A stretch of 64,000 bases of DNA from the human T2T-CHM13v2.0 reference genome, Homo sapiens. Within the stretch, counting starts at the first letter, position 1. Each line of letters begins with the position of its first letter. The notes beneath the pieces were generated by a model. It saw nothing but the letters and a program-made list of their open reading frames with translations, made no database searches and was not told the origin of the DNA. This document shows positions 53,101 to 64,000 of the stretch, one piece after another. The translations under genes were made by a program, and so were the position numbers. Location of the stretch: the NCBI RefSeq assembly GCF_009914755.1, contig NC_060937.1; one strand, given 5' to 3'.

Positions 53101-56100
53101 TGTACATGAAATATCAAAGTTCACAAACTATATATTATATACTGTACATAAAATATCAAAGTACCCAAGGTATATATTCTATACTGTACAAAAAATATCA
53201 AAGTACCCAAAGCAAGTATTATATACTGTACATAAAATATGAAAGTACATCAAATATATATTTTATTCTGTACATAAAATATCAAAGTACACCAAATATA
53301 TATTCTATACTGTACATAAAATATCAAAGTACCCAAACTATACATTATATACTGTACATAAAATATGAAATTACATCAAATATATATTATATTATGTACA
53401 TAAAATATGAAAGTACATCAAATATAAATTATATACTGTACATAAAATACCAAAGTACCCCAAATATATATTATAAACTGTACATGCAATATCAAAGTTC
53501 ACAAACTATATATCATATACTGTACATAAAATATCAAAGTACCGAAGGTATATATTCTATACTGTCCAAAAAATATCAAAGTACCCAAAGCATGTATTAT
53601 ATACTGTACATAAAATATGAAAGTACATCAAATATATATTTTATTCTGTACATAAAATATCAAAGTACACCAAATATATATTCTATAGTGTACATAAAAT
53701 ATCAAAGTACCCAAACAATACATTATATACTGTACATAAAACATGAAATTACATCCAATATATATTATATTAGGTACATAAAATATGAAAGTACATCAAA
53801 TATAAATTATATACTGTACATAAATTCCAAAGTACCCCAAATATATATTATATACTGTACATGAAATATCAAAGTTCACAAACTATATATTATATACTAT
53901 ACATAAAATATCAAAGTACCCAAGGTATATATTCTACACTGTACAAAAAATATCAAAGTACCCAAAGCATGTATTATATACTGTACATAAAATATGAAAG
54001 TACATCAAATATATATTTTATACTGTACATAAAATATCAAAGCACACTAAATATATATTCTATAGTGTACATAAAATATCAAAGTACCCAAACTATACAT
54101 TATATACTGTACATAAAATATGAAATTACATCAAATATATATTATATTAGGTACATAAAATATGAAAGTACATCAAATATAGATTATATACTGTACATAA
54201 AATACCAAAGTACCCCAAATACATATAATATACTGTACATGAAATATCAAAGTTCACAAACTATATATTATATACTGTACATAAAATATCAAAGTACCCA
54301 AGGTATATATTCTATACTGTACAAAAAATATCAAAGTACCCAAAGCAAGTATTATATACTGTACATCAAATATGAAAGTACATCAAATATATATTTTATT
54401 CTGTACATAAAATATCAAAGTACACCAAATATATATTCTATAGTGTACATAAAATATCAAAGTACCCAAACTATACATTATATACTGTACATAAAATATG
54501 AAATTACATCAAATATATCTTATATTAGGTACATAAAATATGAAAGTACATCAAATATAAATTATATACTGTACATAAAATACCAAAGTACCCCAAATAT
54601 ATATTATAAACTGTATATGCAATATCAAAGTTCACAAACTATATATCATATACTGTACATAAAATATCAAAGTACCGAAGGTATATATTCTATACTGTCC
54701 AAAAAATATCAAAGTACCCAAAGCATGTATTATATACTGTACATAAAATATGAAAGTACATCAAATATATATTTTATTCTGTACATAAAATATCAAAGTA
54801 CACCAAATATATATTCTATAGTGTACATAAAATATCAAAGTACCCAAACTATACATTATATACTGTACATAAAATATGAAATTACATCAAATATATATTA
54901 TATTAGGTACATGAAATATGAAAGTACATCAAATATAGATTATATACTGTACATAATATACCAAAGTACCCCAAATATATATTTTATACTGTCCATGAAA
55001 TATCCAAGTTCACAAACTATATATTATGTACTGTACATAAAATATCAAAGTACCCAAGGTATACATTTTATACTGTACAAAAAATATCAAAGTACCGAAA
55101 GCATGTATTATATACTGTACATAAAATATGAAAGTACATGAAATATATATTTTATTCTGTACAAAAAATATCAAAGTACACCAAATATATATTCTATAGT
55201 GTACATAAAATATCAAAGTACCCAAACTATACATTATATACTGTACATAAAATATGAAATTACATCAAATAAATATTATGTTATGTACAGAAAATATGAA
55301 AATACATCAAATATAGATTATATACTGTACATAAAATATCAAAGCACCCCAAATATATATTATATACTCTACATGAAATATCAAATTTCACAAACTATAT
55401 ATTATATACTGCACATAAAATATCATAGTACCCAAGGTATATATTCTATACTCTACAAAAAATATCAAAGAACCCAAAGCATGTATTATATACTGTACAT
55501 AAAATATGAAAGTACATCAAATATATATTTTATTCTGTACATAAAATATCAAAGTACACCAAATATATATTCTATACTGTACATAAAATATCAAAGTACC
55601 CAAACTATACATTATATAGTGTACATAAAATATGAAATTACATCAAATATATATTATATTAGGTACAGAAAATATGAAAATACATCCAATATAGATTATA
55701 TACTGTACATAAAATACCAAAGGACCACAAATGTATATTTTATACTGTACATGAAATATCAAAGTTCACAAGCTATATATCATATACTGTACATAAAATA
55801 TCAAAGTACTCAAGGTATATATTCTATACTGTACAAAAAATATCAAAGTACCCAAAACATGTATTATATACTGTACATAAAATATGAAAGTACATCAAAT
55901 ATATATTTTATTCTGTACATAAAATATCAAAGTACACCAAATATATATTCTATAGTGTACATAAAATATCAAAGTAGCCAAACTATACATTATATACTGT
56001 ACATAAAATATGAAATTACATCAAATATATATTATATTAGGTACATAAAATATGAAAGTACATCAAATATAGATTATATACTGTACATAAAATACCAAAG

Positions 56101-57049
56101 TACCCCAAATATATATATTATATTGTACATGAAATATCAAAGTTCACAAACTATATATTATATACTGTACATAAAATATCAAAGTACCCAAGGTATATAT
56201 TCTATACTGTACAAAAAATATCAAAGTACCCAAAGCATGTATTATATACTGTACATGAAATATGAAAGTACATCAAATATATATTTTATTCTGTACATAA
56301 AATATCAAAGTACACCAAATATATATTCTATACTGTACATAAAATATCAAAGTACCCAAACTATACATTATATACTGTACGTAAAATATGAAATTACATC
56401 AAATATATATTATATTAGGTACATAAAATATGAAAGTACATCAAATATAGATTATATACTGTACATAAAATACCAAAGTACCACAAATATATATTTTTTA
56501 CTGTACATGAGATATCAAAGTTCACAAACTATATATTATATACTGTACATAAAATATCAAAGTACTCAAGGTATATATTCTATACTGTACAAAAAATATC
56601 AAAGTACCCAAAGCATGTATTATATACTGTACATAAAATATGAAAGTACATGAAATATATTTTTATTCTGTACAAAAAATATCAAAGTACACCAAATATA
56701 TATTCTATACTGTACATAAAATATTAAAGTACCCAAACTATACATTATATACTGTACATAAAATATGAATTTAAATCAAATATATATTATATTAGGTACA
56801 GAAAATATGAAAGTACATCAAATATAGATTATATACTCTACATAAAATATCAAAGTACCCCAAATATATATAATATACTGTACATGAAATATCAAAGTTC
56901 ACAAACTATATATTATATACTGTACATAAAATATGAATGTACCCAAGGTATATATTCTATACTATACAAAAACTATCAAAGTACCCAAAACCTGTATTAT
57001 ATACTATATATAAAATATGAAAGTGCATCAAATACATATTTTATTCTGT

Positions 57050-60000
57050 ACATAAAATATCAAAGTACACCAGATATATATTCTATAGTGTACATAAAAT
57101 AACAAAGTACACAAACTATACATTATATACTGTACATAAAATATGAAATTACATCAAATATATATTAGGTAAATAAAATATGAAAGTACATCAAATATAG
57201 ATTATATACTGTACATAAAATATCAATGTACCCCAAATATATATTTTATACTCTACATGAAATATCAAAGTTCACAAACCATATATTATATAATGTACAT
57301 AAAATATCAAAGTACCCAAGGTATATATTCTATACTGTACAAAAAATATCAAATTACCCAAAGCATTTATTATATACTGTACATAAAATATGAAAGTACA
57401 TCAAATATATATTTTATTCTGTACATAAAATATCAAAGTACACCAGATATATATTCTATAGTGTACATAAAATATCAAAGTACCCAAACTATACATTATA
57501 CACTGTACATAAAATATGAAATTACATCAAATATATATTATATTAGGTACATAAAATATGAAAGTACATCAAATATAGATTATATACTGTACATAAAATA
57601 CCAAAGTACCCCAAATATATATTTTATACTGTACATGAAATATCAAAGTTCACACACTATATATTATATACTGTACATAAAATATCAAAGTACCCAAGGT
57701 AAATATTCTATACTGTACAAAAAATATCAAAGTACCCAAAGCATGTATTATATATTGTACATAAAATATGAAAGTACATCAAATATATATTTTATTCTGT
57801 ACATAAAATATCAAAGTACACCAGATATATATTCTATAGTGTACAAAATATCAAAGTACCCAAACTATACATTATATACTGTACCTAAAATATGAAATTA
57901 CATCAAATATATATTATATTAGGTACATAAAATATGAAAGTACATCAAATATAGATTATATACTGTACATAAAATATCAAATTACCCCAAATATATATTA
58001 TATACTCTACATGAAATATCAAAGTTCACAAACTATATATTATATACTGTACATAAAATATCAAAGTACCCAAGGTATATATTCTATACTGTACAAAAAA
58101 TATCAAAGTATCCAAAGCATGTATTATATACTGTATATAAAATATGAAAGTACATTAAATATATATTTTATTCTGTACATAAAATATCAAAGTACACCAG
58201 ATATATATTCTATAGTGTACATAAAATAACAAAGTACGCAAACTATAAATTATATACTGTACATAAAATATGAAATTACATCAAATATATATTAGGTACA
58301 TAAAATATGAAAGTACATCAAATATAGATTATATTCTGTACATATAATATCAATGTACCCCAAATATATATTTTATACTCTACATGAAATCTCAAAGTTC
58401 ACAAACCATACATTATATACTGTACATAAAATATCAATGTACCCAAGGTATATATTCTATACTGTACAAAAAATATCAAAGTACCCAAAGCATGTATTAT
58501 ATACTGTACATAAAATATGAAAGTACATCAAATAGATATTTTATTCTGTACATAAAATATCAAAGTACACCAGATATATATTTTATTCTGTACATAAAAT
58601 ATCAAAGTACACCAGATATATATTCTATAGTGTACATAAAATATCAAAGTACCCAAACTATACATTATATACTGTACATAAAATATGAAATTACATCAAA
58701 TATATATTATATTAGGTACATAAAATATGAAAGTACATCAAATATAGATTATATACTGTACATAAAATATCAAAGTACCCCAAATATATATTATATACTC
58801 TACATGAAATATCAAAGTTCACAAACTATATATTATATACTGTAAATAAAATATCAAAGTACCCAAGGTATATATTCTATACTGTACAAAAAATATCAAA
58901 GTATCCAAAGCATGTATTATATACTGTATATAAAATATGAAAGAACATTAAATATATATTTTATTCTGTACATAAAATATCAAAGTACACCAGATATATA
59001 TTCTATAGTGTACATAAAATAACAAAGTACGCAAACTATAAATTATATACTGTACATAAAATATGAAATTACATCAAATATATATTAGGTACATAAAATA
59101 TGAAAGTACATCAAATATAGATTATATACTGTACATAAAATATCAATGTACCCCAAATATATATTTTATACTCTACATGAAATATCAAAGTTCACAAACC
59201 ATATATTATATACTGTACATAAAATATCAAAGTACCCAAGGTATATATTCTATACTGTACAAAAAATATCAAAGTACCCAAAGCATGTATTATATACTGT
59301 ACATAAAATATGAAAGTACATCAAATATATATTTTATTCTGTACATAAAATATCAAAGTACACCAGATATATATTCTATAGTGTACATAAAATATCAAAG
59401 TACCCAAACTATTTATTATATACTGTACATAAAATATGAAATTACATCAAATATATATTATATTAGGTACATAAAATATGAAAGTACATCAAATATAGAT
59501 TATATACTGTACATGAAATACCAAAGTACCCCTAATATATATTTTATACGGTACATGAAATATCAAAGTTCACAAACTATATATTATATACTGTATATAA
59601 AATATCAAAGTACCCAAGGTATATATTCTATACTGTACAAAAAATATCATAGTACCCAAAGCATGTATTATATACTGTACATAAATTATGAAAGTACATC
59701 AAATATATATTTTATTCTGTACATAAAATATCAAAGTACACCAGATATATATTCTATAGTGTACATAAAATATCAAAGTACCCAAACTATACATTATATA
59801 CTGTACATAAAATATGAAATTACATGAAATTTATATTAGGTACATAAAATATGAAAGTACATCAAATATAGATTATATACTGTACATAAAATATCAAAGT
59901 ACCCCAAATATATATTATATACTATACATGAAATATAAAAGTTCACAAACTATATATTATATACTGTACATAAAATATCCAAGTACCCAAGTTATATATT

Positions 60001-62400
60001 CTATACTGTACAAAAAATATCAACGTACCCAAAGCATGTATTATATACTCTATATAAAATATGAAAGTACATCACATATATATTTTATTCTGTACATAAA
60101 ATATCAAAGTACACCAGATATATATTCTATAGTGTACATAAAATAACAAAGTACAAAAACTATAAATTATATGCTGTACATAAAATATGAAATTACATCA
60201 AATATATATTAGGTACATAAAATATGAAAGTACATCAAATATAGATTATATACTGTACATAAAATATCAATGTACCCCAAATATATATTTTATACTCTAC
60301 ATGAAATATCAAAGTTCACAAACCATATATTATATACTGTACATAAAATATCAAAGTACCCAAGGCATATATTCTATACTGTACAAAAAATATCAAAGTA
60401 CCCAAAGCATGTATTATATACTGTACATAAAATATGAAAGTACATCAAATATATATTTTATTCTGTACATAAAATATCAAAGTACACCAGATATATATTC
60501 TATAGTGTACATAAAATATGAAAGTACCCAAACTATACATTATATACTGTACATAAAATATGAAATTACATCAAATATATATTATATTAGGTTCATAAAA
60601 TATGAAAGCACATCAAATATAGATTATATACTGTACATTAAATACCAAAGTACCCCAAATATATATTTTATACTGTACATCAAATATCAAAGTTCACAAA
60701 CTATATATTATATACTGTACATAAAATATCAAAGTACCCATGGTATATATTCTACACTGTACAAAAAATATGAAAGTACCCAAAGCATGTGTTATATACT
60801 GTATATAAAATATGAAAGTACATCACATATATATTTTATTCTGTACATAAAATATCAAAGTACACCAGATATATATTCTATAGTGAACATAAAATAACAA
60901 AGTACAAAAACTATAAATTATATGCTGTACATAAAATATGAAATTACATCAAATATATATTAGGTACATAAAATGTGAAAGTACATCAAATATAGATTAT
61001 ATAGTGTACATAAAATATCAATGTACCCCAAATATATATTTTATACTCTACATGAAATATCAAAGTTCACAAACCATACATTATATACTGCACATAAAAT
61101 ATCAAAGTACCCAAGGTATATATTCTATACTGTACAAAAAATATCAAAGTACCCAAAGCATGTATTATATACTGTACATAAAATATGAAACTACATCAAA
61201 TATATATTTTATTCTGTACATAAAATATCAAAGTACACCAGATATATATTCTATAGTGTACATAAAATATCAACGTACCCAAACTATACATTATATACTG
61301 TACATAAAATATGAAATTACATCAAATATATATTATATTAGGTACATAAAATATGAAAGCACATCAAATATAGATTATATACTGTACTTTAAATACCAAA
61401 ATACCCCAAATATATACTTTATACTGTACATCAAATATCAAAGTTCACAAACTATATATTATATACTGTACATAAAATATCAAAGTACCCATGGTATATA
61501 TTCTATACTGTACAAAAAATATCAAAGTACCCAAAGCATGTATTATATACTGTACATAAAATATGAAAGTACATCAAATATATATTTTATTCTGCACATA
61601 AAATATCAAAGTACACCAGATATATATTCTATAGTGTACATAAAATATAAAAGTACCCAAACTATACATTATATACTGTACATAAAATATGAAATTACCT
61701 CAAATATATATTAGGTACATAAAATATGAAAGTACATCAAATATAGATTATATACTGTACATAAAATATCAAAGTACCCCAAATATATATTATATACTCT
61801 ACATGAAATATCAAAGTTCACAAACTATATATTATATACTGTACATAAAATATCCAAGTACCCAAGGTATATATTCTATACTGTACAAAAATATCAACGT
61901 ACCCAAAGCATGTATTATATACTCTATATAAAATATGAAAGTACATCACATATATATTTTATTCTGTACATAAAATATCAAACTACACCAGATATATATT
62001 CTATAGTGTACATAAAATAACAAAGTACAAAAACTATAAATTATATGCTGTACATAAAATATGAAATTACATCAAATATATATTAGGTACATAAAATATG
62101 AAAGTACATCAAATATAGATTATATACTGTACATAAAATATCAATGTACCCCAAATATATATTTTATACTCTACATGAAATATCAAAGTTCACAAACCAT
62201 ATATTATATACTGTACATAAAATATCAAAGTACCCAAGGTATATATTCTATACTGTACAAAAAATATCAAAGTACCCAAAGCATGTATTAAATACTGTAC
62301 ATAAAATATGAAAGTACATCAAATAAATATTTTATTCTGTACATAAAATATCAAAGTACACCAGATATATATTCTATAGTGTACATAAAATATCAAAGTA
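57050..62400 (+). repeat. Second domain-A (CCAGAT/373-bp) block, largely a copy of about 16000-19780
   Basis: Near-identical ORF pairs occur at offset 41047: 16210/57257, 16964/58011, 17337/58384, 18016/59063, 18767/59814, 19140/60187. Confidence 0.9.
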
Positions 62401-64000
62401 CCCAAACTATACATTATATACTGTACATAAAATATGAAATTACATCAAATATATATTATATTAGGTACATAAAATATGAAAGTACATCAAATATAGATTA
62501 TATACTGTACATAAAATACCAAAGTACCCCAAGTACATATTATATACTGTACATGAAATATCAAAGTTCACAAACTATATATTATATACTGTACATAAAA
62601 TATCAAAGTACCCAAGGTATATATTCTATACTGTACAAAAAATATCAAAGTACCCAAACATGTATTATATACTGTACATGAAATATGAAAGTACATCAAA
62701 TATATATTTTATTCTGTACATAAAATATCAAAGTACACCAAATATATATTCTATACTGTACATAAAATATTAAAGTACCCAAACTATACATTATATACTG
62801 TACATAAAATATGAAATTACATCAAATATATATTATATTAGGTACACAAAATATGAAAATACATCCAATATAGATTATATACTGTACATAAAATACAAAA
62901 GTACCCCAAATGTATATTTTATACTGTACATGAAATATCAAAGTTCACAAGCTATATATTATATACTGTACATAAAATATCAAAATACTCAAGGTATATA
63001 TTCTATACTCTACAAAAAATATCAAAGTACCCAGAGCATGTATTATATACTGTACATAAAATATGAAAGTACATCAAATATATATTTTATTCTGTACAAA
63101 AAATATCAAAGTACACCAAATATATATTCTATACTGTACATAAAATATCAAAGTACCCAAACTATACATTATATACTGTACATAAAATATGAAATTACAT
63201 CAAATATATATTATATTAGGTACAGAAAATATGAAAGTACATCAAATATAGATTATATACTGTACATAAATCACCAAAGTACCCCAAATATATATTTTAT
63301 ACTGTACATGAAATATCAAACTTCAGAAACTATATATTATATACTGTACATAAAATATCAAAGTACTGAAAGTATATATTCTATACTGTACAAAAAATAT
63401 CAAAGTACCCAAAGCATGTATTATATACTGTACATGAAATATGAAAGTACATCAAATATATATTTTATTCTGTACATAAAATATCAAAGTACACCAAATA
63501 TATATTCTTTACTGTACATAAAATATCAAAGTACCCAAACTATACATTATATACTTTACATAAAATATGAAATTACATCAAATATATATTATATTAGGTA
63601 CATAAAATATGAAAGTACATCAAATATAGATTATATACTGTACATAAAATACCAAAGTACCCCAAATATATATTTTATACTGTACATGAAATATCAAAGT
63701 TCACAAACTATATATTATATACTGTACATAAAATATCAAAGTACTCAAGGTATATATTCTATACTGTACAAAAAATATCAAAGTACCCAAAGCATGTATT
63801 ATATACTGTACATAAAATATGAAAGTACATGAAATATATATTTTATTGTGTACAAAAAATATCAAAGTACACCAAATATATATTCTATACTGTACATAAA
63901 ATATCAAAGTACCCAAACTATACATTATATACTGTACATAAAATATGAAATTACATCAAATATATATTAGTTACATAAAAAATGAAAGTAGATCAAATAT

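Larger units (their letters stand above)
19500..57050 (+). repeat. HSat1A subfamily domain B: canonical CCAAAT-type 378-bp HORs with nested block duplications
   Basis: M5 reads CCAAAT (occasionally CTAAAT) rather than CCAGAT, and M9 usually reads ATACCAAAG. 5-bp M7 deletions occur here only with a linked TTAGTT variant. Confidence 0.8.
1..64000 (+). repeat. HSat1A (classical human satellite I / SAR) tandem array: 42-bp monomer in a 378-bp 9-mer higher-order repeat
   Basis: Every part of the window is made of ACATAAAATAT(C/G)AAAGT plus a 25-bp unit ending TATACTGT, the known satellite I A/B 17+25 bp structure, with GTAC (RsaI) sites at unit junctions. The M1 marker (CATGAAATATCAAAGTTCAC, CATT at 713) recurs at 713, 1091, 1469, 1847, 2225, 2603 and 2981, an exact 378-bp spacing. 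Family assignment is from recall of the consensus, not a database search; species and chromosome cannot be determined from the window. Confidence 0.95.

Noticed and set aside
42-63832. Numerous + strand ORFs up to 1386 aa as repeat-protein genes
   Set aside because: They are translations of a 14-codon satellite monomer. Starts and ends are set by random indels and point stops, and there are no unique domains or gene context.
1863-63925. Recurrent 71-81 aa hydrophobic minus-strand ORFs (MYSLGTLIFYV...)
   Set aside because: They arise wherever one TCA>TGA substitution in M4 removes a minus-strand stop, so they are variant markers rather than small membrane proteins.
1-64000. CRISPR-like array (conserved ~17-23 bp repeat plus variable segment)
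   Set aside because: The variable segments are homologous to each other and cycle every nine units. There are no unique spacers, leader or cas genes.
1-64000. TATA-like and AATAAA motifs as promoters or poly(A) signals
   Set aside because: These are expected by chance in a roughly 79% AT repeat and cannot be supported without transcript data.
1-64000. Embedded Alu/L1 insertion, strand inversion, alpha satellite/CENP-B boxes, or HSat1B/HSat2/HSat3
   Set aside because: I saw no non-satellite or reverse-orientation segment, no 171-bp period and no CATTC repeats on reading through the window.

Overview
The whole 64-kb window is one uninterrupted, single-orientation, roughly 78-80% AT tandem satellite array. 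The sequence matches human/great-ape Satellite 1A (HSat1A; classical satellite I, Repbase SAR). Its 42-bp monomer consists of a 17-bp A unit (ACATAAAATAT[C/G]AAAGT) and a 25-bp B unit, and monomers are arranged as a 9-monomer, 378-bp higher-order repeat (HOR). I see no genes, RNA genes, transposons, CRISPR arrays or inversions. All ORFs in the track result from translating a 42-bp (14-codon) repeat that has one stop-free frame. The interesting content is the internal architecture. There are two sequence subfamily domains (a 'CCAGAT'/373-bp type at about 3.4-19.5 kb and 57.1-62.4 kb, versus canonical 378-bp units elsewhere), local 377-bp and 756-bp periodicities, and HORs of 5, 6, 8 and 10 monomers. 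There is also a nested set of recent block duplications with offsets of 5247, 5312/5323, 5615, 6616, 11120, about 14392, about 17995 and 41047/42920 bp. Monomer labels used below, named by the artefactual translation: M1 MKYQSSQTIYYILY, M2 ..QGIYS.., M3 KKY..QSMYY, M4 ..ESTSNIYF, M5 ..STPNIYSIV, M6 ..QTIHY, M7 ..EITSNIYYIR, M8 ..SNIDY, M9 ..STPNIYY. Block boundaries are approximate (about +/-100 bp) because they were mapped by eye from diagnostic variants. I find no support for a novel protein-coding system.
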